This document shows, piece by piece, positions 31,589 through 41,704 of a stretch of 64,000 nucleotides of DNA. The DNA is from Candidatus Poribacteria bacterium (GTDB lineage: Bacteria; Poribacteria; WGA-4E; WGA-3G): NCBI GenBank assembly GCA_963665235.2, contig CAXXLX010000001.1:4256001-4320000 (forward strand), read 5' to 3'. Positions within the stretch are counted from its first letter, which is position 1; every line of letters begins with the position of its first letter. The notes beneath the pieces are model-generated. The model saw nothing but the letters and a program-made list of their open reading frames with translations, was not told the origin of the DNA and made no database searches. The translations under genes and the position numbers were made by a program.

Positions 31589-33199
31589 ATGCGAAATCAA
31601 TTGAAAAATTTATTTTATGTTTTTATCCTATTTTTTATAGGAGTAACCATAAACGCATATTCACAAGAGCATTTTATTGTTCAAACAATTTACTTTAAAC
31701 CTGCGAACGCCGCTCCACTACATGATACGAAAAAGAAAATAGCTGATGTAGTAGATGCTACTCAAAGATTATACGCTGATGAAATGCAACGTAATGGTTT
31801 TGGAAACAAAACCTTTAGAATAGAACGCGATAAAGATAATCAAGTAATAGTTCATCTTGTGAATGGCAAACATGATTCTTGGGACTATGTTGATAATACG
31901 TATAATAAAATCAAAACAGAATTACCTAATCGATTTAATCCAGATACAGCACCGTGGGGAAAACAAGATTCTATTAGATTGATTATAGTTGGAGGGGTTA
32001 ATTACGTTGGAGGTAATAGATGGGGCTTAGGGTGGCCGCACCATTCAAATAGATATGGTGGAGGTGCAGTTGTAGCTGGTAGCAGTCCCCATTTTAATAA
32101 AGAGCTTGTATTTCATGAATTAGGACACTGCTTTGCTTTGTATCATAAAGAACATAGCGATCATTTATTAGATCATTATGAAGCTAGATGGTTAAGTAAA
32201 CATTACCATTTTAATAATAATGCCAATAATTTCACATATCCTGAACCTGTACATAAAAATCCTACGCTCACTGCTATAGGTAATAACATTATTCGATTTG
32301 AACTGCCAGTTATGAGTAATATAGGTTTACATCAAGCAATGATTTTTAATACAGAAAATATAATGGTATTAGGTTACGATTATTTGAACGGAAAAGCACA
32401 AGATGTAGTTTCTTTTGATGTAGCAAGACATAAATGGGGTCATACTGCTACTCTTCAGATTATGGATACTCGAGGTAACCATCACATGGCGATAGGTATT
32501 ACAATTAATTTACCTGAAGAAAAAGAAGTTAATAAAAACCCAGATTTACCTACTACCCCTAATACTATAAAAGAAGATACCAAAGATAATGTAGTATATC
32601 TTACTTTGATTAAAGGCGGAAAAGATGCTCCGAATGAACACGGAATTATACCGATTAATCCTGTAGCTGAATATAAGAATGGTTGGGGATCAGATAACAT
32701 TACAGATAATCAAACTAATAATGGCAATCCTATAATTATTCGGAATACAACTTTCGAAAGAGGTATCTCGTTATCTCCCCCAGGAGCTCATAATAATTCT
32801 ATATTGCAATACGACATTAGTGAAAATCGTTATGTTGACTTTCGAGGATACATCGGCATCACCAACGATCGAACCACTGAAATAGATAATCATCACAATC
32901 AAAGCTGCAATGTAGGCGGTAGTTCAATCTTTACTTTTAAGATAGATAATAAAGAAGTATACAAATCTGAATTGCTAACTGGTAGAGACGCTGCTATACT
33001 AGTTGAATTTGACATTCCAGCTAAATCTAATGTTTTAGAAATTATTATTAATAGCGGCCCTGATGGTGAATGGTGCGATCATCCTGCAATTGGCGATGCT
33101 AAATTGATATCAGATAAAACTATTGTAGACAGTGAACAAATATTCGTAAATCATAGAGATAAATTGGTTACAATATGGGCTAAAATTAAAAAGCAATAA
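31589..33199 (+). CDS. Secreted zinc metallopeptidase-like protein with NPCBM/NEW2-like domain
   Basis: Signal peptide, HELGHCFALYH (HExxHxxxxxH), FERGIS...F.GYIG...CDHPAIGDAKL. C-terminal VNHRDKLVTIWAKIK. Markedly AT-rich. Confidence 0.75.
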   Translation: MRNQLKNLFYVFILFFIGVTINAYSQEHFIVQTIYFKPANAAPLHDTKKKIADVVDATQRLYADEMQRNGFGNKTFRIERDKDNQVIVHLVNGKHDSWDYVDNTYNKIKTELPNRFNPDTAPWGKQDSIRLIIVGGVNYVGGNRWGLGWPHHSNRYGGGAVVAGSSPHFNKELVFHELGHCFALYHKEHSDHLLDHYEARWLSKHYHFNNNANNFTYPEPVHKNPTLTAIGNNIIRFELPVMSNIGLHQAMIFNTENIMVLGYDYLNGKAQDVVSFDVARHKWGHTATLQIMDTRGNHHMAIGITINLPEEKEVNKNPDLPTTPNTIKEDTKDNVVYLTLIKGGKDAPNEHGIIPINPVAEYKNGWGSDNITDNQTNNGNPIIIRNTTFERGISLSPPGAHNNSILQYDISENRYVDFRGYIGITNDRTTEIDNHHNQSCNVGGSSIFTFKIDNKEVYKSELLTGRDAAILVEFDIPAKSNVLEIIINSGPDGEWCDHPAIGDAKLISDKTIVDSEQIFVNHRDKLVTIWAKIKKQ

Positions 33200-33736
33200 A
33201 AAATCGGTTCTATGGGTTTACATCTGCGCTTAAAGTGCCCTTGTGCTTTCCCATTTGAAGGGAATGGCAAATAGCGAATCGGAATCAATGGCAAGTAGGA
33301 GCGTGTTGAAAAAATTCACGATACCTTTGCATCTGATTGCATCTGATGATAAAGCCGGTAAATTGTCACAACAACCCCTCTTGCCAACAGCCAATCGCCA
33401 ATCGCTAATTGCCAAAGAGATTGTTACGCATCTTAAATTCCGCGTTCTCTGCGTCCCCCGCGATAATCCGCGATTTGCGGCGTACTCGCCCAAATGCGAC
33501 GTGCATTCAGACAACACATGCCAAATCCATCCTTCCCCTCTTCCATTCTTCCATTCTTCCATCCTTCCACCCTTCCCCTCTTCCACCCTTCCACCCTTCC
33601 ACCTATCCCTGTGACAAAAACTTCACATCCCCGCAGTTTTCCGCGTAGACCTATTGCACAATCTACAAATTTCTGCTATAATGCAGCTAAAGAGAAATTG
33701 CAGTAAAAAAAGCTACACCCATCAGGAGAGAAAGAG

Positions 33737-34897
33737 ATGCCAGAAAAAACAGTGAAGACACAGCGCGGACTGCCAATTTGTACCCTCGGTGCCACTGGAC
33801 ACGGTAAAACAACCTTGACCGCCGCGATAGCGAAAGTCGTTGCAAGAATCGGAGCTATTCACACAACCGGCACTAACGATTTTGAGGCACAACCCCCAAC
33901 CCATCATCCCATCCGAGAAGGCGTAGGGTTCACCTCCCGCGAAATCGCCTATGAAACCAGCGGTAAATTTTATACGCTGCTAGACTGTGAAACACATCTG
34001 GATATCGTCAAAATGCTTGTCAGCGGGGGGGCTGCAATTCAGGGAGCAATTTGGGTAGTCAATGCTGTTGAGGGCGTTACACCGGAGGCAGAAGCACATC
34101 TTCGTCTTGCAAGCAACCTACACCTCTCCACAGTGATTCCCTTTCTTAATACCGGAAATATCGCAGAAGATGACGAACTGTTGGAGATTTGTCAGATGGA
34201 GATGCAGGAGCTGCTCAACCAACATGAAATGGCAGGAGAAACTGTCCCGATGATTGCTGGCGATGCACAGAAGGCACTAAAGTATAAAGGCAATAAAATC
34301 GCCGCTGCGCAATGGAAACCGATTGTTGACCTTATCTCCGCAATGAACCGGTGTATGCCAGAACCGCTGAAATCGGCACGGTTGCCGCTCATCATGCCCG
34401 TTTATGAAATCGTTGAGGAGACAAAAGTACGTGTAACGGTGCGTGGCGAAATTGTGCAGGGACAACTTGCCATCGGACAGGCGGTCGATGTTGTCGGTAA
34501 AGGCGAGCGGATTAAAACACGATGCCTCGGCATAAAAGAGAACGAAGTCTCTGTAGAGGCTGAACCCGATTGGATTTCTGTGGGACAAGTGCTTTGCACC
34601 CCCAAAACTATCAAGGCACATTCTACCTTCACAGCGATTATCTATCTACTGACGCACGAAGAGAGCGGAACGCATATCCCACTCATTGAAAACGATAAAC
34701 TACAAATCTATTTGTGGGGGGTAGAAATAACGGCTCAAATCAAACTTCCGCCTGAACTAGCGATTGTGACACCGGGGACTTATGCCCCCGCCACCGTTAC
34801 GCTTGAGCTGCCGCTTGCGATGGATACCGGCACCCGGTTTGAGGTTAAAAAGATGGGCACCTCTATCGGTCTTGGCGTTGTGACTGACTTAGTATGA
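33737..34897 (+). CDS. Highly divergent EF-Tu-like protein
   Basis: GATGHGKTTLTAAI, YET, DC..H.D.VK.L..G and the three-domain EF-Tu layout. G3 and G4 motifs are degenerate. Confidence 0.75.
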   Translation: MPEKTVKTQRGLPICTLGATGHGKTTLTAAIAKVVARIGAIHTTGTNDFEAQPPTHHPIREGVGFTSREIAYETSGKFYTLLDCETHLDIVKMLVSGGAAIQGAIWVVNAVEGVTPEAEAHLRLASNLHLSTVIPFLNTGNIAEDDELLEICQMEMQELLNQHEMAGETVPMIAGDAQKALKYKGNKIAAAQWKPIVDLISAMNRCMPEPLKSARLPLIMPVYEIVEETKVRVTVRGEIVQGQLAIGQAVDVVGKGERIKTRCLGIKENEVSVEAEPDWISVGQVLCTPKTIKAHSTFTAIIYLLTHEESGTHIPLIENDKLQIYLWGVEITAQIKLPPELAIVTPGTYAPATVTLELPLAMDTGTRFEVKKMGTSIGLGVVTDLV

Positions 34898-34911
34898 GGC
34901 CCGTAAAACTG

Positions 34912-35532
34912 CTATGTTTGTGGGAGTTTATCCATTGTTTCTATGAAGGTATAAATTCTTTTCACTTCGACTGGGGAAGTGAGAAACCATTCAGTACCTT
35001 TCGCTTCCTCTACATGTCTGCCGCGTGCAGTCAAGACTCCGTGTATTGCCTTCTCCAGCACTTGTGGAATATCTGTTTTAATAATAAGCGCAACTATAGG
35101 ATCTTCGGGAATCCCCGTACTCGGGCGGGTTTGCTGTTCTACTCTTTCGCGAGGATCTTGGTCAGTCCAACCAATTTTGCATTTCCAAAAAGGTTTACCT
35201 TGAGCTTTTGCCTCCTTGCGAAAAGTGGGAAAATAATAAAGGTAAACCGAACTCGCTCCGGAGCCGAGTTCATGAAGCGGATAAATTCGCCAATAACCTA
35301 CGGTAAGATGTTCGGCACTTCCTTCCTTGGACAAACCCCCTAATGCTACAGCGACAACTTTAGCTGGTTTAGCCTCTGCTGGTAACCCTCCACGGTTCTC
35401 GTGGTGTTTAACTACCGCTTCAACAATATCTGTTTTGTTAGCAGCTGGCTGCCCCGAATATACCTCAATGATAATTTCCATAGCAACGCCCCGTGTAAGA
35501 GGGACTCCCTCATACTTATAGCGACTATTCAT
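34912..35532 (-). CDS. GIY-YIG/T5orf172-domain protein
   Basis: SVYLY, CKIGWT...RV, LEKAIH and GTEWF motifs. Confidence 0.8.
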   Translation of the reverse strand: MNSRYKYEGVPLTRGVAMEIIIEVYSGQPAANKTDIVEAVVKHHENRGGLPAEAKPAKVVAVALGGLSKEGSAEHLTVGYWRIYPLHELGSGASSVYLYYFPTFRKEAKAQGKPFWKCKIGWTDQDPRERVEQQTRPSTGIPEDPIVALIIKTDIPQVLEKAIHGVLTARGRHVEEAKGTEWFLTSPVEVKRIYTFIETMDKLPQT

Positions 35533-35595
35533 TTGAGTCGTTCCTCCAATAAAAATTTTAGAACCTATTCAATATACACAGCGAAAGTAATACTT

Positions 35596-36297
35596 TTACC
35601 CAGCAATTGCGTCGCGTAGGGTTAGGGCACCGGTATACAGAGCCCGTCCAATAATCGCACCGCTGGCACCGATATCCTTCAACGCTTCAATATCGGAAAG
35701 CGAGGTAACCCCACCCGAACCGATAACGTCCGCGGACACAGCATTGATTATATCCGCGGTTGCCTCAACATTAGGGCCTTTAAGCATACCATCGCTCTTG
35801 ATGTCCGTATAGATAATCGTTTCAACCCCCTCCATCTCCCGTGCGAACGTTACTGCGGACTTTTGTGAAACCGTTAACCACCCATCTGTCGCGACCATAC
35901 CATCTTTTGCGTCGATGCCGACAGCGATACGCGCGCCATATTTTGCACACGCCGCTTTAACCAAACTCGGCTGTCTAAGTGCCGCTGTACCGAGAATTGC
36001 CCGGTTCACGCCTAATTCCAAAACCGCCTCGACCTGTGCCATGCTGCGAATACCGCCCCCCAGCTGGACAGGGATTTCAATTGCATTGACAATCTCGCGG
36101 ACAATATGTAGATTTGCCGATGCTCGCTGGAATGCCCCATCCAAATCCACAAGGTGCAGGTATTCCGCACCCTCCGCCTGCCACCGTTTTGCCATGTCCA
36201 CAGGCGAATCCGAGAAAACAGTCTCCTGCTCAGCGATTCCCTGAATGAGGTTTACACATTTCCCACCGCGAAGATCTATTGCTGGTAATATTTGCAC
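35596..36297 (-). CDS. hisA: ProFAR isomerase
   Basis: PAIDLRGGKCV, HLVDLDGA, QLGGGIR, YTDI..DGML.GPN and GRALY motifs. Confidence 0.95.
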   Translation of the reverse strand: MQILPAIDLRGGKCVNLIQGIAEQETVFSDSPVDMAKRWQAEGAEYLHLVDLDGAFQRASANLHIVREIVNAIEIPVQLGGGIRSMAQVEAVLELGVNRAILGTAALRQPSLVKAACAKYGARIAVGIDAKDGMVATDGWLTVSQKSAVTFAREMEGVETIIYTDIKSDGMLKGPNVEATADIINAVSADVIGSGGVTSLSDIEALKDIGASGAIIGRALYTGALTLRDAIAG

Positions 36298-36343
36298 AAG
36301 TTTTCCTTTCTGCAGTTAGCAGCACAACAACGTGTGCCTACGC

Positions 36344-37243
36344 CTATTCCTCTCGAAAAATGCCGAGTAATCGCAATTGCACAATTGAGATGATAGCAAT
36401 AATGATAAAAAGCACCCAACCGATTGTCGCCGCATAGCCGAGGCGCATGAACTGAAATCCGTTTTTGTAGAGATACATCACGATAGTTGACCCTGCATCA
36501 GCAGGTTCACCACCGTTTGTCAAAATATAGGGCAGGTCAAAGAGTTGAAACGACCCAATCATTGAGACAACGAGGACGAAGGCAATCACAGGCCGCAACG
36601 AAGGCAGTGTGACATGACAGAACGCCTGCCACCAATTTGCACCATCAACCGCTGCTGCTTCGTATAACTCCTGTCGGATACCCTGTAACCCCGCCAGAAA
36701 ATAGATCATGTTGAACCCTGCCCACTGCCAAACACCTGTTAGGATAACCGCGGGCATGACATACTTTTCCTCCTTTAGCCAGCCGAGCTCGTTTCCAAAC
36801 AGAACAAATTCGTTGTTGATTAAACCAGCACGCTGATCGTATACGAGGTTAAAGATAATCGCCACAAACACCCCTGCAACTAATACCGGCGCAAAAAAGG
36901 CGAGCCGCAGGAAGTTTTTCCCTTTGACAAATTTTGAGTTGAGCAGAATTGCTAATAACAGGGCTATCGGCAACTGAACCGTTAGCGTACCGAGCGCAAA
37001 ATAGGTGGTATTCCAGAGCGACTTCCAAAATATTCGGTCCCCAAAAAGCTCGGTGAAATTTCCGATATCGACAAAGATTCGGCTCTGAAACCCCCGCATT
37101 TCATACAGACTCATAATAAGAGACGAAATAAGGGGGTACCCCATAAAGACCACAAAAAGCAGGTAAAACGGGGCAATAAAAAGATAGGGGGCTATCTTCT
37201 GCTGGTGGTGCCAAAAGCGATATGTAGTTCGTTTCGTCTTCAT
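36344..37243 (-). CDS. Carbohydrate ABC transporter permease
   Basis: EAA motif LYEAAAVDGA...F.HVTLP and multiple TM helices. Confidence 0.92.
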   Translation of the reverse strand: MKTKRTTYRFWHHQQKIAPYLFIAPFYLLFVVFMGYPLISSLIMSLYEMRGFQSRIFVDIGNFTELFGDRIFWKSLWNTTYFALGTLTVQLPIALLLAILLNSKFVKGKNFLRLAFFAPVLVAGVFVAIIFNLVYDQRAGLINNEFVLFGNELGWLKEEKYVMPAVILTGVWQWAGFNMIYFLAGLQGIRQELYEAAAVDGANWWQAFCHVTLPSLRPVIAFVLVVSMIGSFQLFDLPYILTNGGEPADAGSTIVMYLYKNGFQFMRLGYAATIGWVLFIIIAIISIVQLRLLGIFREE

Positions 37244-37595
37244 CACTACAGGACCTATAGTTTGGACAATTTCCGTGAGCCTGATGCCCGATGGACAAAG
37301 CATTTCTCATTTTTCTCTAAGTTGCTCACACAAGGACAGATAGGAGAAAAATAGGATAGGATGTGCGAAAACGCAGCCCCAGCGGGGCGGAATGTTTATA
37401 GAAAACGCAAACACACCACAAACTAGCCCCATCGGGGCGGAATGTTTATGGATTTTAGCCAAACCCCTTCCGTGTTCTCCGCGTCCTCCGCGCCCTCCGT
37501 GATTCAGACAACACACGCGAAATCTTTCCACCCTTCCACCCTTCCATCTATCCTTTTGACAAGAACGTTACGCCCCTCAAACTGTCCAAAGTCTA

Positions 37596-39560
37596 CTATA
37601 ATTTTAACTCAAGTTCTTCTAACGTCTTCGCTTTCTCAAAGTCGGCATGAGCCGCCTCTGTTTGCCCGAGGGCTTCTTTCGCTTGTCCGCGATTAAGATA
37701 GGTAATCGACTGATGTGGGTTTATCCGAATCGCCTTATTATAGTCGTCAATCGCACCGGTGTAATCACCAAGGACAGCCCTTATAACCCCTCGCGTGTGA
37801 TAGCTGGTATTATGTGGATTTAGCCGTACTGCTTCGTTGCTATCGGATAACGCCTCTTTATAGAGCCGCTGCGCTTCTGCTTCATTTCCCTGCTCGGCTT
37901 TAAATTGCCCGATGAGGTATTTCGTCCATCCCAGGTTGTTATATGAGAGGGCATGATTCGGATTCAGTTGAAGTGCCTTCATATAGTCGTCAATTGCTGC
38001 GTGATAATGCCGCTGTGCTTCTGCTTTATGTCCGTGCTCCGCTTCGAGTTCTCCGGTGCGGTACTTCACCCAGCCGCGGTCGCTCCATGTAACGGCATCC
38101 CGGGGGGTTAGTTTTAGCGTTCGTGTATAGTCGCCAATTGCAGTGCGGTAATGCTGCTGTGCTGCTTCAACATCCCCCTGCTTCGCTGCCAATTCACCAA
38201 GGAGATATGTTGAAGCGGCCCGATTGTGGTAGGCAACAGGCCCTCTCGGATTTAGTTGGATAGCTCTATTGCAGTCTTTGATTGCCTCTTCATAGTCGCC
38301 AAACAGCCGTTTTGCCTGTCCGAGGCTCGTATAGGCTAAGTCATCTTTTGGGTTCAATTCTAGGACCTTGTGAAAGTCTGCAACTGCCCCTGCGTAGTCG
38401 TTTAATTGGAGTTTCAGATTTCCACGGCATAAATAGGCTCCCGGTGAATTTGGATTTAATTTTAAGCCTGCCTCATAATCAGCGAATGCTGCTCTGTATT
38501 GGCCTAAGAGAGATTTTGCGATTCCTCTGCAAACATAAGTTCGAACATCCGGAGCAAGTTCGAGGGCAGCATCACAGTCATTGATTACCTCTCTATATCG
38601 CATTTGGGACATATTCGTGAGGGCGCGTTCGTTATAGGCTCTTATAAAATCGGGTTTAAGTCTGAGAGCCGCGTCACAGTCCGCAATAGCCGCTTGCATC
38701 TGGTTCAGGAACGTCCTTCTTAGACCTGCTCGGTCAAGGTATATTTCCGCTAAATCGGGATTAAGTTTGAGTGCAGCATCGAAGCATGCGATTGCTTCTC
38801 TGTTTCTACGTTGTACCCTTTTCACCCGTCCTTTTACAGCTTCGGCATACCCCTGTATGCGTGGCTGTTTTTGCCATTCTGTTAACGGTTTGACCTCTGC
38901 CACGTTCGCGAGCAGGCAAATCAAGAAGTTTGAAGAGATTGCACGGCTGTGAGATGCTGTCGGGTCTGCAATGTCTGCCGGGATTGCGTGGCCAGGCAAT
39001 GTCTGTGCTTCACCGCTAAAAAGGCCTTTCCTAAGGGTACCCCCCGCGGGAATACCGATAACTTCACCTTTGCCGTTTAGGAGAGGACTGCCACTCTGTC
39101 CGGGGTCAAATGTCTCTTTAACTAGCAAACATTTGTCACTTTTCCGAATACTGTGAATAGTGGCCTGTTTGCCTTCCCCTGCTTCTCCGCGAGGGTATCC
39201 TACAGCATAAACGGTATCGTCAACCTGAACGGTATCGCTATCGATAATGGGAAGTGGTACACCTTCTCCGGTAACTTTTAAAAGCACAAGGTCGTTTTTG
39301 TCGTCAAACGCTACGACACCCTCAATTAAAAATTGGGTTTCGGTGCGTGGGAATTCAGCAAAAATGGAGGGTGGTGCCCCCGCAACACAATGAATAGTAG
39401 TTGCAATCAGGTTTGGCTCGACAAAAAAACCGCTTCCATGTAGTTTGTTAATAAGTTTACGGGATTTGCCGGCGGTATATTTCGATGACAAACGGACAAC
39501 AGAATTTTTTAGGGATTCTTCTGTAATTTGCTGTAGTATTTCATCTCTTTTGTCTGTCAT
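37596..39560 (-). CDS. Trypsin-like serine protease with TPR repeats
   Basis: GSGFFV, HCV, DLVLL and PGQSGSP motifs followed by many TPRs. Confidence 0.88.
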   Translation of the reverse strand: MTDKRDEILQQITEESLKNSVVRLSSKYTAGKSRKLINKLHGSGFFVEPNLIATTIHCVAGAPPSIFAEFPRTETQFLIEGVVAFDDKNDLVLLKVTGEGVPLPIIDSDTVQVDDTVYAVGYPRGEAGEGKQATIHSIRKSDKCLLVKETFDPGQSGSPLLNGKGEVIGIPAGGTLRKGLFSGEAQTLPGHAIPADIADPTASHSRAISSNFLICLLANVAEVKPLTEWQKQPRIQGYAEAVKGRVKRVQRRNREAIACFDAALKLNPDLAEIYLDRAGLRRTFLNQMQAAIADCDAALRLKPDFIRAYNERALTNMSQMRYREVINDCDAALELAPDVRTYVCRGIAKSLLGQYRAAFADYEAGLKLNPNSPGAYLCRGNLKLQLNDYAGAVADFHKVLELNPKDDLAYTSLGQAKRLFGDYEEAIKDCNRAIQLNPRGPVAYHNRAASTYLLGELAAKQGDVEAAQQHYRTAIGDYTRTLKLTPRDAVTWSDRGWVKYRTGELEAEHGHKAEAQRHYHAAIDDYMKALQLNPNHALSYNNLGWTKYLIGQFKAEQGNEAEAQRLYKEALSDSNEAVRLNPHNTSYHTRGVIRAVLGDYTGAIDDYNKAIRINPHQSITYLNRGQAKEALGQTEAAHADFEKAKTLEELELKL

Positions 39561-39684
39561 AATAGAATTCCTTTTATTGGTTGAAGCACGTTTGCTTTAT
39601 TTAGTATATATGGCATTTTCAAAAATGTCAACTAAAAAACAGGGATAAATCGGCAATTTTAGTCCATAAATTCATACTTATTCG

Positions 39685-41052
39685 CTACAATTTTTGCCAA
39701 CGTTCCTTATCTTTCGCAATAAGCGCACGTACCTTTTTGGCAAGTGCTGTCAAAGCCTCTCTCGGTGTCTGCTTTTCCGTAACAGCGGCGAAGATAGCAT
39801 CGTTCAAGAGGTCCGCTGCTTCGGACCAGTAAGGGTTCTGATAACGCGGCGGTAAATCGGGAGCCAACTGGATAAACAATTCACCAAGCGGTTGTCCACC
39901 TAAGTAGGCATCAGGCTCTTTAAAGATAGGGGCGTTCCATGCTGCTTTAAGCGGTGGAATAATCCGTGTCGTCTCATATCGGTTTATCAAACCTGCCCTA
40001 TCAAAATAGGTGAATTTCAGGAGCTCCCATGCAAGGTCCAGGTTTTTGCACTGTTTCGTTATCCCAATCATCGTGCCGCCGCGCGTTGTAGTACGTCTCT
40101 CCCCGGGAGCCCACGCTGGCATCCCGATAGCTTTCCATTTACCCGCCATCTGCGGCACTTGACTTTTGAGAATGCCGACGTACCAATCCGGTGCAAGGAC
40201 AGAGAGGATTTTGCCATCTTGCATCGCTGCGAAGGTGCTCGGAGCGCCGTGCCATGCACCGTAAACCGGCGTAGCAATCTTATGTTCATTGAACAGCGAG
40301 GTGAGAAATTCCAATGTCTCAATCGCAATGTCGTTGTCAATAATAACGTTGCCTTTTTCGTCAAAGAAACCCCCGCCTCTTTGGAGGAGTAGGTTAAAAT
40401 AATCGCTTTCAGTTTGGCGGTCTAACACAATTGCATATTGGTCAATATCGCCATCACCATTCAGGTCTCGTGTGGCTTTTTTCCCTGCAGCGATGAAGTC
40501 ATCCCATGTCTCAATATCGGTCATCTCAACACCGGCTGCTTTAAAGAGGTCATCGCGGTAGAGAAGGACGACAGGGTGCAAGTCATGCGGTATGCCGAAA
40601 ATACGGCCGCGGTAGGACCACGGTGTGAACCGACTAGCGACTAACTTTTCCATCCACCCTTCGCTTTCCAAACGGGGTCGGAGGTCAATAAACCCGACTT
40701 CGTCAATTGCCCCCTTAAGAAATCGGCCGATAGCGTTAATTTCAACTTCGACCACATCGGGTGCACCGAAATCGGACAGCATAGCGGTGAGCAGTTTATC
40801 GTGCATTGTGCCGCCTAAATTAATAAGTTGCACGTTCACGCCCGGATGTTGTGCCTCAAAAATCGGGACACGCGCCTGGTATTCTTCATAATGTGTATTG
40901 GCAAAAATCCAAAACTCTAAGTTCTCACCGCTTTCTTTGGAGGGTGCTAAAATGAAAACGGCAGAAATAAGAAAGAGAATTAGCATGACCATCGGCCCTT
41001 TGCCGAGTGGAAAATTGTCAACGTCAAATTGGAACGACATAGCAAACCTCAC
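39685..41052 (-). CDS. Sugar ABC transporter substrate-binding protein
   Basis: APDV, LLYRDDLF..AG, TWDDF and GGT.IGI motifs. Confidence 0.88.
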   Translation of the reverse strand: MRFAMSFQFDVDNFPLGKGPMVMLILFLISAVFILAPSKESGENLEFWIFANTHYEEYQARVPIFEAQHPGVNVQLINLGGTMHDKLLTAMLSDFGAPDVVEVEINAIGRFLKGAIDEVGFIDLRPRLESEGWMEKLVASRFTPWSYRGRIFGIPHDLHPVVLLYRDDLFKAAGVEMTDIETWDDFIAAGKKATRDLNGDGDIDQYAIVLDRQTESDYFNLLLQRGGGFFDEKGNVIIDNDIAIETLEFLTSLFNEHKIATPVYGAWHGAPSTFAAMQDGKILSVLAPDWYVGILKSQVPQMAGKWKAIGMPAWAPGERRTTTRGGTMIGITKQCKNLDLAWELLKFTYFDRAGLINRYETTRIIPPLKAAWNAPIFKEPDAYLGGQPLGELFIQLAPDLPPRYQNPYWSEAADLLNDAIFAAVTEKQTPREALTALAKKVRALIAKDKERWQKL

Positions 41053-41377
41053 GTGAAAATGTCCTTATTTAAGTATATCATACATTACAGAAGGCGGCAA
41101 AGGGTGTGTAAATATTTTGTACTTATGTGTGAATTTAGCGTGTCCTTCTCCACCGTTTGTAAAATGACGAGGCAATCTTTGGGGTTGGAGCTTAGGTGGG
41201 GCCTACAATGCGGGCATACAACCAAAAAACATACTCGTCATTCTGGCTTTCCACGCCTCTAGGCCTCTATCCTTTAGTCCTCCGAAAACTTTACACTTGA
41301 CATTTGAACGGTTACCTATTAAAATTTATCATACATACTTTTTTATCAACTACGAGAAATGAAGGAGAAAATGCTAT

Positions 41378-41692
41378 ATGCCAACGTATGACTATAAATG
41401 TCTTGAATGTGATATTCAATTTGAGCAGTTTCAAGGTATAACAGCGCCGGTACTTGAGGAATGCCCCGAGTGTAGTGGCAAAGTGAAACGGCTCATCGGG
41501 GCTGGTGCAGGACTTATTTTTAAAGGCTCCGGTTTCTATACCACCGACTACCGGAGCGAAGGTTACAAGGAATCCGCAAAGAAGGATAAAAGCTCTTCAT
41601 CGGACAAAAGCAAAACGGATAAAGATAAAAAAGAGACGAAACAGACCGACACGAGTAGCGAACCGACGAAAAGTAAAGCTACGGACGACTAA
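41378..41692 (+). CDS. FmdB-family zinc-ribbon protein
   Basis: MPTYDYKC..C, CPEC and FKGSGFYTTDY motifs. Confidence 0.92.
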   Translation: MPTYDYKCLECDIQFEQFQGITAPVLEECPECSGKVKRLIGAGAGLIFKGSGFYTTDYRSEGYKESAKKDKSSSSDKSKTDKDKKETKQTDTSSEPTKSKATDD

Positions 41693-41704
41693 AACGGAGT
41701 TGTA

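Noticed and set aside
33230-33706. Overlapping ORFs in a pyrimidine-rich stretch
   Set aside because: Low-complexity CCTTCCA-type and other dispersed repeats also seen near 37500 and 48390. Non-coding.
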